Shown here in pieces: positions 33,828-44,312 of a DNA stretch of 64,000 nucleotides. The position numbers and the translations under genes were made by a program. The notes beneath the pieces were generated by a model. It was not told where the DNA came from. It did no database searches and worked only from the letters and a program-made list of their open reading frames with translations. How positions within the stretch are numbered: position 1 is the stretch's first letter; each line of letters opens with the position of its first letter. The stretch spans positions 1-64,000 of the forward strand of contig JAANOX010000265.1 of assembly GCA_020184695.1 (NCBI GenBank), read 5' to 3'. The DNA comes from Histomonas meleagridis 2922-C6/04-290x (Eukaryota; Protista; Parabasalia).

Positions 33828-34435
33828 AAATCGAATTTGGCGTTTTATAAAATAGTTTTCAAATGCGCTTATGCTTGCTTCTTATTATGGCTTCACAGAA
33901 ATAGCAGAACTTCTTCTTGAACAAAAAGATATTGATATCAATGTTAAAAATTTTTGTTTGTTTTTATTAATGTTTATTTTTTATATTATGTGTTTCAAGT
34001 TTAAATTTGGAAATTATTCAAAATATTTTGTACACCACTGATGTTTACAGCTTATGATGACAATGCAAAAATAGCAAAGTTGCTTCTTGGACAAAAAGGT
34101 ATTGATATTAATACTAAAAATTTTTGTTTATTTTTATTGATATTTATTTTGAGAATTATATGTTGCAAAAGTGTATTTGGATAATATTTAAATAATTTAA
34201 AACAGCACTTATTTTAGCATCTGAATATGGAAGTATAAAAACAGTTAAATTACTTCTTCAACAAAAAGGAATTGATGTAAATGCTATAGATGATATTTAT
34301 TTCAATAAAATAAAATTTTTATAGAACATTTGGAAATAATTTAAATAATGTGAAACAGCACTTATGTTAGCATTACAAAATGGTCATACAGAAATTCATG
34401 AATTACTTCTTAGCAATACATTGAAAAGTTCTTAA
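33816..34435 (+). other. Ankyrin cassette/spacer array, locus 1 (4 cassettes, 4 spacers)
   Basis: Cassettes 33862-33951 NALMLASYYGFTEIAELLLEQKDIDINVKN, 34032-34121 TPLMFTAYDDNAKIAKLLLGQKGIDINTKN, 34202-34291 TALILASEYGSIKTVKLLLQQKGIDVNAID, 34355-34435 TALMLALQNGHTEIHELLLSNTLKSS-stop; spacers 46, 80, 80 and 63 nt. Confidence 0.92.
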
Positions 34436-34677
34436 AGAAGATAAATTAAGTTATAGAATAGATTAAATACCTAATAAGAAAAGTTTACAATGTAATAAAT
34501 AATGGATATAAAAAAGATTTATTATTCTCTCATGTTATTTTTGAGTAATATTAATTAAAAATGAATAAAATGAACAAAAAACAAAATTTGATAAGCCACA
34601 TATGATAAATGCAATGAAGAAAAATTGATAATTATCAAATAAAATTGAAGATACTTTTATGTGCTAGTGGTTCTTCT

Positions 34678-35226
34678 TCACTTGAATTTCTTGTTGATTT
34701 GTTCACCAAGCCAATCCAAACCTTCATACAAACCATCACCTGTTGTTGCGCATGTTCCTTGAACTTGCCATGGGCGGTTAGTGATTGTGTTAAGCTTTAA
34801 GCGATTACCCAACTCTTGTGGTTTGATGGCATTTGGAAGATCTTGCTTATTTGCATATACTAAAAGAATTGAGTCACGAAGTTCATCTTCTTCAAGAAGC
34901 TTGTGAAGCTCATCACGTGCCTCATCAATACGACCAATATCGTTTGAGTCGACAACAAAAATGAGACCTTGGGTGTTATGGAAATAATGGCGCCATAAAG
35001 CACGAATACGATCTTGACCTCCAACATCCCAAACATTCATGTTGAATCCCTTATATTCGATAGTTTCGACATTGAAACCAATTGTTGGAATTGTTGTAAC
35101 ATGTTCACCAAGTTTTAACTTGTAAAGTACAGTTGTTTTTCCTGCTGCATCAAGACCAAGCATAAGACAACGTGTTTCGCGATTACCGAACCATTTCTTG
35201 AAGAGATCGCTAAAGAAAAGACCCAT
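34678..35226 (-). CDS. ARF1: ADP-ribosylation factor (ARF1-like)
   Basis: Gly2 myristoylation site, [35 protein letters not shown]. Confidence 0.97.
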   Translation of the reverse strand: MGLFFSDLFKKWFGNRETRCLMLGLDAAGKTTVLYKLKLGEHVTTIPTIGFNVETIEYKGFNMNVWDVGGQDRIRALWRHYFHNTQGLIFVVDSNDIGRIDEARDELHKLLEEDELRDSILLVYANKQDLPNAIKPQELGNRLKLNTITNRPWQVQGTCATTGDGLYEGLDWLGEQINKKFK

Positions 35227-35841
35227 GGCCGAGCTGGAATAATTGGAAACGGTTTATGTTAAAATTGATAGATTTCAACCCCAGAAAAATTAACGTCTTT
35301 TCCCAAAAAAACCAACAAAAAGACATTTTAATACATTAATTTTTGATAGTATAAATATACGTTGAAACGGTTAAGTATTTTCCATTGAATGATGTTTCTT
35401 TGTTTCTGTGTCATTTATTCTGTTTAAATGTAACTTCGAAAACACATATCTACATATATGCTAAACTAACTTTCCTCCTTGAAACTTTGTCATGAAATCA
35501 ATACGAAAGATTATTGATCAATATAAAAGTTAAACCAAAATACATAGTAATCTAAAACTGAACATCATATAAATCTAGAACAATGTTTCCATCCTAATTA
35601 GAGTATAACGTGATTACTTCAATAATTAAACAATTTCATCCAAATTAACGGTCAAAATCGTTTAGCTGTTAATAACTTTTTGAATTGAAAATCATTCAAT
35701 TTTTGAATATAAATACGATAATTTTTCATTCATTCTACTTTAATCTAATCGAATTTATTTTTAATTTTTGTCTTTATGCGTTGTTTGTTCATGCCGTAAA
35801 AAACTTAAATGTATAACCAAATTCGCTTTATTTATTGCTAT

Positions 35842-37122
35842 TTAACAGTTCTTAATACATAGCAAATTGAGAGCCACAGTTCCTTCCTTTGCCTGCGAGT
35901 TTGTGCATATTGCCTTGCCTCCTCTTGTCTCCTTTACCACCAGCAGCTCTCCTGCTTGGATTGTTAATTCTCCATTACCTTCAGCCTTATGTTCGTATAA
36001 TGCGAATGCGATTTTAGAATTCTCGATGACATCTATGATTGTCGTAGGCACATATCCGATGTTGCTTTTGTTTAATGATGAGACACAGCACCAGTCAAAC
36101 TTCGGCATTTCGAACAGATACACAATTTGTCCTGCAGTAACAGTCATTTCATATTGGTCAGTTCCAGTGAAATTATGATTGATCTTGCCAACACAAAGAG
36201 GAAGACAATTGTCGGGCTCTTCGTATTCATATCGTTTGGCTTCGATTCTATCGTTCAATAAATTCAATGGAATGTCAACAAATTTCTTTGGAAGAAGTTG
36301 ACCACGTGAGATACCCATGCCAACGACAAATTGGATAAAGTGCTTTTCCCAGTGTGGTTGGATGAGCTCTATAGAGAGAGCGTTGTCTGATTCATCGGTA
36401 ATAGTTCGAAATATTTTATGGACACTGAGAAGAATGGAATGCGCTGATGAGGTTTGTAGGCTCTGGGAACTCTTAAGCGCTTGAATTCCATGCTTAATAA
36501 GTTTCATTAACTTTTGATGTTTTTCATTGAGAGTCTTTAATGATGATTTGGCTGTTGAAAGTGCACTACGGTAATGAACAATAGATTGGATAAGGGCTTC
36601 ATTGAGCTTTTGTTCAGCTTTGGGATTAGTATTTTCTTTAAGACGTTGATATGCTCTATTGGCATCAGCACATGGCTTGCTAACATTTTTCTGATCACGT
36701 ACATATGTTGCACAAGCATCTTTTCGCTCTTTACTGGCAACCAATATAATTTCTTTCCATTCAGTGATTTTGTCATCAACTTGTTGGTGCTGTGCTTTGA
36801 GGTATGGAACTGCTTCTGTTGCCAAGAACTTTAGCGTGTAATTAAATTCTTCATAAAGTCCATAATGTGATCTGGAAAGATTTGAACATATTCCATATAA
36901 GGAATCAGAAACAATTTCTTGCTTAAGTTTTAATATATGTTGTAAATCTGCACATGTTGTTTGCTGTAAAGAGGGTGTTGCAAGTTTCATTAATGTGGAA
37001 AATTTTGTGAAAAAATCTATGATAAATTGTATTCTAAAATTCTCAAGTTTGCAATAATTATAAATTGCATCAAATTTGCTAAGTGCTTGAGCAGCTTCTT
37101 CATCTTGTTGTGCTGTTGACAT
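35842..37122 (-). CDS. BAR/F-BAR-like helical protein with two C-terminal SH3 domains
   Basis: Helical N-terminus; SH3-1 INHNFTGTDQYEMTVTAGQIV..DW..GYVP; SH3-2 ALYEHKAEGNGELTIQAGELL. ATG at 37122 (MSTAQQ). Confidence 0.75.
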   Translation of the reverse strand: MSTAQQDEEAAQALSKFDAIYNYCKLENFRIQFIIDFFTKFSTLMKLATPSLQQTTCADLQHILKLKQEIVSDSLYGICSNLSRSHYGLYEEFNYTLKFLATEAVPYLKAQHQQVDDKITEWKEIILVASKERKDACATYVRDQKNVSKPCADANRAYQRLKENTNPKAEQKLNEALIQSIVHYRSALSTAKSSLKTLNEKHQKLMKLIKHGIQALKSSQSLQTSSAHSILLSVHKIFRTITDESDNALSIELIQPHWEKHFIQFVVGMGISRGQLLPKKFVDIPLNLLNDRIEAKRYEYEEPDNCLPLCVGKINHNFTGTDQYEMTVTAGQIVYLFEMPKFDWCCVSSLNKSNIGYVPTTIIDVIENSKIAFALYEHKAEGNGELTIQAGELLVVKETRGGKAICTNSQAKEGTVALNLLCIKNC

Positions 37123-37236
37123 TATTTTTTGAATGATATAATTATTACTGTAAACACCTGAAATAATTCTGACCAGAGTACAGTTGCGCAATTATTATTC
37201 ATAAATAAATAGAATAATACATTTATAAATATGAAT

Positions 37237-37308
37237 TCCGATATCGTTCATCGGTTAGGATATGTGGTTTTCATCCACGGGAGCGGGGTTCGACTCCCCG
37301 TATCGGAA
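37237..37308 (+). tRNA. tRNA-Glu(UUC)
   Basis: Acceptor TCCGATA/TATCGGA plus A; anticodon arm TGTGG-TT TTC AT-CCACG (anticodon 37270-37272); T loop GGTTCGACTCC; T6 at 37313-37318. Confidence 0.95.
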
Positions 37309-37397
37309 TAACTTTTTTGTTATTTTGATGTTTATCTTATCGATTAAACGAAATAACAAAAATTAATTTAAATATTAAAAAATATAATAAAAATGAT

Positions 37398-38384
37398 TTA
37401 ATCAACATTTTGTTTCACTAATGCAGCGAAGAAATCATCTTTTTCTTCTAACACTCTAACTGTTTTCCTCTTTTTTCCTGACTTTGGTTTACTATATGCC
37501 ATCTCTGATTTTTCAGCAATGTCCCACAACTTCGCAGTATTATCATTTGCCCATGTCATCAAAATAGTTCCACTTGCACAGCTTCCAAGAAGTGTTTCCT
37601 TATGTGCTCTAAAGGCAAAAATTGGACGATTTGGATGAACATTTAAAATTGAAACAGATCCATCTTCTTGCGTTGTCACTATCCTTTCTAGCTGACTTGG
37701 AATCTGTCGTACCATTACTATTGATGAATGTGTGTTTGGAGTAACATCAAAGAGGTAATCAAGTGATGGATATTTAACACAATAGATCTTTGGTCGAGAA
37801 GAAGAAACAATGATTCTTGTGTTAAGTGGATTATATGTAAGAGATGTAAAGTCATCATCTTCTTGCTGGTAATATTCAATTCGTTTATTTTGACTTATTC
37901 TTACAACTGATGTTACTCCACATGAATTACAAATAATGATATTATTATTATCAACAACAGCTATATCAGCTATGAAGTCATTGTCGTACTTAAATGTACG
38001 TGTGCATTTTCCATCTCTTATATCCCAAATTTTGACAGAGCCACCTGTGTCACCAACAGCTATTGTAGATGAACTTAAGTAACGAATGCATTCAATAGGT
38101 TCATCATGTCCATGTTTTTGTGAAAAAATACATTTTTCTTTTGAAATATCTGTTATGTACAAATTTCCTGATTTATCTCCAGAAGCAAAATTATCGCTTA
38201 CTTCATTAAATTCGATTGCACGTACTGAACCAATACAGTTATGAAAACCAGAAGTTTCATTTGTACCCTTATGAAATAAAGTTAATTGTCCTGTAATAGT
38301 TCCAACAGCCCACATCGTAAGGGAAGGAGAAATTGCACCAGCAAAAATTGTATCAGAAAAATTTGAAGTCCAGATAGGATCCAT
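37398..38384 (-). CDS. WDR55: WD40-repeat protein, WDR55/Jip5-like
   Basis: WD repeats (GDTGGSVKIWD, NTAKLWD) and a basic-then-DDFFAAL C-terminus typical of WDR55/Jip5. Confidence 0.7.
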   Translation of the reverse strand: MDPIWTSNFSDTIFAGAISPSLTMWAVGTITGQLTLFHKGTNETSGFHNCIGSVRAIEFNEVSDNFASGDKSGNLYITDISKEKCIFSQKHGHDEPIECIRYLSSSTIAVGDTGGSVKIWDIRDGKCTRTFKYDNDFIADIAVVDNNNIIICNSCGVTSVVRISQNKRIEYYQQEDDDFTSLTYNPLNTRIIVSSSRPKIYCVKYPSLDYLFDVTPNTHSSIVMVRQIPSQLERIVTTQEDGSVSILNVHPNRPIFAFRAHKETLLGSCASGTILMTWANDNTAKLWDIAEKSEMAYSKPKSGKKRKTVRVLEEKDDFFAALVKQNVD

Positions 38385-38476
38385 TTTATTAGACCATGGA
38401 TTTTGGGGTAGTCTGAATAAACGTCTTTCAATTCAGAAAGTCTGTTTGGTTCTCGAGGTTCTGACAAAATTTTAAA

Positions 38477-39580
38477 ATGGGAATTCAAGAACGTATTGCT
38501 GATATCGAAAAGGAATTAAGCAGAACCCAAATCAATAAAGCTACTGAGCGTCACCTTGGTATGCTTAAATCTCAACTTGTTCATCTAAGAGCTCAATTAA
38601 TTGAAGAAGCTCAAAAAACAAATAGCGGAGGTCCACAATTTGATGTTGCTCGTACTGGAGATGCACGTGTTTGTCTTTTTGGATTTCCATCAGTTGGTAA
38701 ATCTTCACTTCTTTCGAAATTAACTGATTACGAATCCCCAATTGGAGACTATGATTTCACAACAGTCACTGCTGTTCCAGCTATTCTTGAAGTTAATGGT
38801 GTTAAGATCCAATTGTTGGATCTTCCTGGTATTCTTCAAGGTGCATCTTCTGGATATGGTAAAGGTCGTCAAGTTTTAGGTGTTGTTCGCAGCTGCGACT
38901 TAATTGTTTATGTTATTGACTCAGCAAAAGCTGATATGGAAATCAAAACACTAACTGAAGAACTTCATTCATTTGGAATTCGTGTAAATGATGAACCACC
39001 AAATGTTGTTATTACACCACTCGTTAGAGGTGGAGTAGTTATTGACACAACAGTTCCACAAACCCATATGGATGATGAAATGCTTAGAAGTATTGCAACT
39101 GCAAATCGATTCCGATCTGGTCATATTTTAATCAGAGAAGATATCACAGTCGATCGTTTCATTGACGCATTCCATATTAAGAATCTTAAATACATTCCTG
39201 CTATGTTCATATATAATAAAATTGATACACTAACCATCGAAGAAATCGACCGCCTTGCACATCTCCCTAGGTCTGTTGTTACGTCTGTCATATATAATCT
39301 TAATTTAGATTGTATTTCACAGATGATATATAAAATGCTTAATATCACCAGAGTATACACAAAGCCTCAGGGTGAACCTCCTGACTTTGAAGAAGCTGTT
39401 TTGCTGCGAAATGACACTACTGTAAGAGCTCTTTGCATGCACATCCATCGTGATTTAGTGGATGATTTTAAGGGAGCCCAGGTATGGGGAAGTAGTGTAA
39501 AGAGGCCTGGACAGATCGTCGGCCTCTCACACTGCCTTCAAGACGAGGATGTTGTGTGTATCAAAACTAATAAAAACTAA
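38477..39580 (+). CDS. DRG: Developmentally regulated GTP-binding protein (DRG)
   Basis: TQINKATERHLGMLK, GFPSVGKS, YDFTT, LDLPG, NKID, TGS domain VWGSSVK..VGLSHCLQDEDVV. Confidence 0.96.
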   Translation: MGIQERIADIEKELSRTQINKATERHLGMLKSQLVHLRAQLIEEAQKTNSGGPQFDVARTGDARVCLFGFPSVGKSSLLSKLTDYESPIGDYDFTTVTAVPAILEVNGVKIQLLDLPGILQGASSGYGKGRQVLGVVRSCDLIVYVIDSAKADMEIKTLTEELHSFGIRVNDEPPNVVITPLVRGGVVIDTTVPQTHMDDEMLRSIATANRFRSGHILIREDITVDRFIDAFHIKNLKYIPAMFIYNKIDTLTIEEIDRLAHLPRSVVTSVIYNLNLDCISQMIYKMLNITRVYTKPQGEPPDFEEAVLLRNDTTVRALCMHIHRDLVDDFKGAQVWGSSVKRPGQIVGLSHCLQDEDVVCIKTNKN

Positions 39581-39832
39581 GCTCAATTTCTTAAAATTAC
39601 ATAAAAGTGATGTGACCGTTTATTAAAATGAAGGAACAAATCACCCAAACTCTTCGTGTGTGACACAAATTTAAGAATAATTCTTTCTATAAATTCCATA
39701 TTAAAACTTGCAAATGTTTTTTTCATTTTTTTTTTTTTTTGAATAAGATTACATTTGTTGATTCGATTAAAAAAAACACAAAAACATTATAATTTTTTAA
39801 GATGCGAAATTTCGTAGTTAATTTAATTTTTA

Positions 39833-41365
39833 CTAAAATAATACTGAAGAGATTTCTTTCAACAAACAAACAAAGCATTCAATTAGCGTATCGTTGACTT
39901 TAAGTTGGTTGCTAGTTTTAGAATTGAATTGTTTAACATAAGAATTTAGAGCAGCATTTGTTTCCAAAACGTCATCGATCCTATTCGGGAGCTCCTTAAA
40001 TATGTCTATATTTGGCTTCCATTGAATTTCTTGTGCCGATATTTGGTATAAAATAAATTGCGACAATTGCATATGAATGAAATTCTTTGAAAGAGATCTG
40101 TTCTTTCTATTTGATTTATATTTTGTAACATATTCTCGAACATTTATTAAATAAATGTTTTTCGAATGTTCAATGGTTTGTTTAAATGACTTGTAATGAG
40201 GGGAAAGTTTGAATATAAATTCTCGGCATTCTTTGCTCTTATGAAGTTGCTCTAATTGGTCGTTGGTGTTTTTGATTGCATTATTGAATGTATTTTCAGA
40301 TGTTAACTTTGCTGTAAATTTTGGAATATGAATGTTGAATGCTACTTCTATAAAACTTCCGTTGAACCTGTTTGCCGGAGCGCCTTCTTTTGGTTTTTTT
40401 ATACAATTGGTAGAAATGTGTTTAATGATGATGCAATCAAGTTCGGTAAGAGCTAAATTACCACCACTTTGAAAAACAACCATACCATACTTAGGAAGCT
40501 GCCTAAATGTACATGAATCATGTTTCTTAAAACAATCAAATACAAAATTATTAGAATTAGCTTTGAATTGTTTTACAAGTTCTGTTAATACATCGTTAAT
40601 GTTTTTAATTTTGGGGAACGCACTCATGATCTTATTACATATCACTTTGTCGAATTTAGGAGAACCAGGCCATGAGGTAATTATGCCGCTCAAAAAGCAG
40701 TCAAAAAAAGCGGACGATGCGCTGTCACTTTTTAGATAAATGATGTTTTTGCCTGCAGCAATTTGGTATTCAGATAAATAAGGAAAGCTAAGCTCAAAAC
40801 TATTTTCTAACAAACCAATAAGATCTGGTGGAGTGTGAGTTTCTGTGGTTGTAAGAAGGAAGAAAAAATTATCTGTGAATTGTTCTTGGAAAAAAAATGA
40901 AGATTTAAGAAAACATCCAACAAGACGTGGTGAAATGTTATCTTCGATAAAATATGATATAAAAGTGTTAGCAGCTCTTGCAAATTCGTCGAAAGCAAAA
41001 TTTCCAAAAACGGATGGAAATGTTGAGTTTACAAAATAACTATCAATATCAGAACAGCTAGGACATAACTGATATAATGCATCAGTGATTTTTCTGTTAT
41101 TAACTGTTGATAGCTCATGGAAATTTTTTATATGGGAACTAATTTGATAATTTAAAGAGTTTGAGCAAGAAAAATGAAAGTCAAAGCAAGCCCCGTATTT
41201 TGGGTTGAGTGAGAGAAATTCAATAAGGTTATTGATTTTACAACGTATGCAAAATGATTGAAAATCTTCTTGAGCAGCTGTTAAGTAAAAGTTAAGCATT
41301 TCATTATGGTTAAAAGCGTAATATTGTTTTAAATCATCTAACACTTCTTCATTTTTATGTTTCAT
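39833..41365 (-). CDS. Hypothetical protein (510 aa)
   Basis: Long ORF with ATG and coding-like composition; no confidently recognised domain. Confidence 0.7.
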   Translation of the reverse strand: MKHKNEEVLDDLKQYYAFNHNEMLNFYLTAAQEDFQSFCIRCKINNLIEFLSLNPKYGACFDFHFSCSNSLNYQISSHIKNFHELSTVNNRKITDALYQLCPSCSDIDSYFVNSTFPSVFGNFAFDEFARAANTFISYFIEDNISPRLVGCFLKSSFFFQEQFTDNFFFLLTTTETHTPPDLIGLLENSFELSFPYLSEYQIAAGKNIIYLKSDSASSAFFDCFLSGIITSWPGSPKFDKVICNKIMSAFPKIKNINDVLTELVKQFKANSNNFVFDCFKKHDSCTFRQLPKYGMVVFQSGGNLALTELDCIIIKHISTNCIKKPKEGAPANRFNGSFIEVAFNIHIPKFTAKLTSENTFNNAIKNTNDQLEQLHKSKECREFIFKLSPHYKSFKQTIEHSKNIYLINVREYVTKYKSNRKNRSLSKNFIHMQLSQFILYQISAQEIQWKPNIDIFKELPNRIDDVLETNAALNSYVKQFNSKTSNQLKVNDTLIECFVCLLKEISSVLF

Positions 41366-41744
41366 GATCCTTGAATAATTACAGGGTGCCCCATTGATTC
41401 AATCAAACAACATGTAAACTATTCAAACCAATTGAACAGTTCAACTACATGTGAATGTCAATTGACCTATTTATAAGCTTTATTTTCCTCAGAGTGAGTA
41501 CTCACTAGTTGGGTGAAATCACACATTATCACAATTTTCAGTATATATTGTTGTTTTTTTATGAATTAAATAAAATTAAATTAATTTGCTTATTCTAACA
41601 AGCATTAAACAATATTCGACAATTGGCTGCTAAAGCATTATAAGATGTTTTGATACAGAGGAATCAAGTATCTTTTTAATTTTTTCGTAATTGATTGACC
41701 GTTAAAATGAATAACCGTTCCTCATATGGCCAGTCCACTTTTTT

Positions 41745-43196
41745 ATGTCTGATCCCAAATCTGCTGCTGCTGAATACCTTAAACAACACAAGGTCACAGA
41801 ACTCATACAAAATGCAATGAACGAACTTGTCGAAAAAAAGCCAGAGGATGCATTTGGCTTTCTTTCACGTATTTTCAAGAGTCAAGCTGCTGTACCTGTT
41901 ATTGATCATCTTGTTGGTCGTGAAGTTCTTGACTCACGTGGAAATCCTACTGTAGAAACAGATGTTTATGTAAAGTATCTTGGCGAAGTCAAATTTGCTG
42001 GTCGTTCTTCTGCTCCATCTGGTGCATCCACTGGTTCCAATGAAGCACGTGAACTTCGTGACAAGGAATCACCACGTTACAATGGAAAAGGTACTGCTCA
42101 AGCCTCATCAAATGTTTCCACTATTCTTTCCCCAGCCCTTCAAGGCAAGCAATTAAATGACCTCAAAGCACTTGACAAAATCATTTGTGACACAGATGGT
42201 ACCGAACTTAAAGAAAAAGTTGGTGGAAATGCTTGCACAGCAACATCTTTCGCACTTGCTGAAGCAGGAGCCTCACTTGAAGGTCTCCAACTCTTTGAGT
42301 ACCTTGCACGCCAATACCATGGTGAAAATCTTCCAAAGAAGTACAAATTACCAACACCATTTTTCAATATTCTTAATGGCGGTAAGCATGCTGGCGGTAA
42401 TCTCAAGTTACAAGAGTTCATGGTCTCACCAGCCCCAGGAATTCCATATCCAGACCAACTTCGTATGGTTGCTGAGACATATCAAAAACTTGGCGCATTA
42501 CTTGTCAAGAAATATGGCATCTCTGCAAAGAACCTTGGTGATGAAGGAGGCTATGCACCACTTCTTAACACACCAGAAGAAGCAATTTCGATCATCGAAG
42601 ATGCAATCCGCGAAGCCGGCTATGAACCCGGAAAAGACATCCGCATTGGTCTTGATGCAGCTGCTTCCGAATTCTATGATGAAGAAAGCAAATTATATGA
42701 AGTTGAAGTTGGATTAAAGAAGACCGGCGATGAAATGATCCAATATTGGAAAGACTTGATCGAAAAACATCCAGCGATTGTCTCAATCGAAGATGGATTA
42801 CATGAAAAGGATTATGAACATTGGGTCAAATTGAATGAGGCCATCGGCGAAAAGTGCCAACTTGTTGGTGATGATTTATACACAACAAATCCAAACACTA
42901 TCCGCAAAGGACTTGAAGGAAAATGGTGCAATGCATTGTTATTAAAGGTCAATCAAATTGGTACAATAAGCGAAGCTATGGAAGCTGCAAAACTTATCCT
43001 CGACGCAGGACAAAATGTTATGGTAAGCCATAGATCTGGTGAAACATGCAACTCAGTGATCGCTGACTTGGCTGTGGCGATTGGCGCACAAGCTATCAAG
43101 ACTGGTTCAACTGCAAGAGGAGAAAGAATCGAGAAGTACACGCGATTACTCCAAATTTATGAATACTTGAAAGAAAGGGATATGCTCGATGAGTAA
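41745..43196 (+). CDS. ENO: Enolase with an N-terminal RIIa/DPY-30-like extension
   Basis: GREVLDSRGNPTVE, SGASTG, GDEGG, DAAASEFY, SIEDG, VGDDL, LLKVNQIG, SHRSGET; about 45-aa extension AEYLKQHKVTELIQNAMNELVEKKPEDAFGFL. Confidence 0.97.
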   Translation: MSDPKSAAAEYLKQHKVTELIQNAMNELVEKKPEDAFGFLSRIFKSQAAVPVIDHLVGREVLDSRGNPTVETDVYVKYLGEVKFAGRSSAPSGASTGSNEARELRDKESPRYNGKGTAQASSNVSTILSPALQGKQLNDLKALDKIICDTDGTELKEKVGGNACTATSFALAEAGASLEGLQLFEYLARQYHGENLPKKYKLPTPFFNILNGGKHAGGNLKLQEFMVSPAPGIPYPDQLRMVAETYQKLGALLVKKYGISAKNLGDEGGYAPLLNTPEEAISIIEDAIREAGYEPGKDIRIGLDAAASEFYDEESKLYEVEVGLKKTGDEMIQYWKDLIEKHPAIVSIEDGLHEKDYEHWVKLNEAIGEKCQLVGDDLYTTNPNTIRKGLEGKWCNALLLKVNQIGTISEAMEAAKLILDAGQNVMVSHRSGETCNSVIADLAVAIGAQAIKTGSTARGERIEKYTRLLQIYEYLKERDMLDE

Positions 43197-43704
43197 ACAG
43201 CCAAAATGAACAGTTTTTTATTATTTGTGGAACACTTTAAGATATAAAAAATATCTTTGGAATATTATTCAGAATAAATACTTTTTACTACAAATAAAAT
43301 AGAAAATACGAAAAGTCCGACAAGGAATAAATAAATCCATTTTTATTATTATTATTTTTAATGGTAAGAAACATTTAATAAAAAATTGAATTAATGTTAT
43401 TTATATTTTGAAGCTGTCAACATATGATTATGGTTATATATCGTATTTCGTTCAGTGTTTTCAAGTAGAATCTGGAATATGTTTATTCTTCCAAATTTTA
43501 AATTTTCCTGTGTCTTTATTACTACTAATTTTAGTATGTATTAATAATTTTTTAATTAAGTAAACAATAAAATATTTAATGTTATCAATTCAATTTATTT
43601 ATAAAAGATCATAAACAAAATAATTTCATATTTATTATACAAATTTTAAATATTAAAACAGATAATGAAATTCATGATTTTATTTAATCTTATATAAGGT
43701 ATAT

Positions 43705-43887
43705 TCAAACATCTTCGCTGCTTATTTTCTTACTTTTTGTCCTTATAAACACAACTACCAATACTACAAATATGCATATAGACACAATAAGTACAATTGT
43801 ATCATCGCTAATTTTTCTTCCCTCTTCACTACTTGATTGTGGTGGTGTACATTCTGTTTCATTTGTAATTTGAAGTGGTCCGTAGTT
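43705..43887 (-). pseudogene. 5'-truncated remnant of a surface-protein C-terminus (stalk, TM, short tail)
   Basis: Minus-strand frame NYGPLQITNETECTPPQSSSEEGRKISDDTIVLIVSICIFVVLVVVFIRTKSKKISSEDV-stop; no ATG, in-frame TAG directly upstream. Confidence 0.6.
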
Positions 43888-44312
43888 CTAGAGCTACCAA
43901 TAATGAATAAATTGTTTCTAAAATTATTCTATATATAGAACAAATTAATTATAAAAAATTGCAAAGACAGATTTTTGAATTTTTGCTCTGGTCTATAGAT
44001 ATTGAAAATCTTGTATAACTTAAAAACAGAATAAAAACTAATAAAAAATTATATAAATTCCAGTGCCGGCCACAAAAATTTGATCATTGGAAGCTAAAAA
44101 TTGTCCATTTTTTTGCCAAAATTTTTGATCGTCTTTTTGGCATTACTCCAACAAAAATTAAGTGCAAAAAAATTAAAACAGTTGATTTATTATATGTATT
44201 TTGTACATTAGTACAACCTTTAAATATTGCTTGAAAATCTACTTTTGTCTCTCTCCTAATGAATTTTTTGCTTGTTCCTCTCTTTCTTTCGAATTTTTAT
44301 GATTGATATCTA

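Noticed and set aside
33816-34354. Treating the ankyrin spacers (here and at 61.7-62.6 kb) as ordinary GT-AG or AT-AC introns
   Set aside because: No conserved GT or ACTAAC; the ACAG at cassette starts is absent from two cassettes, and an AT..AC excision (G/AT..AC/AG) puts the next cassette out of frame.
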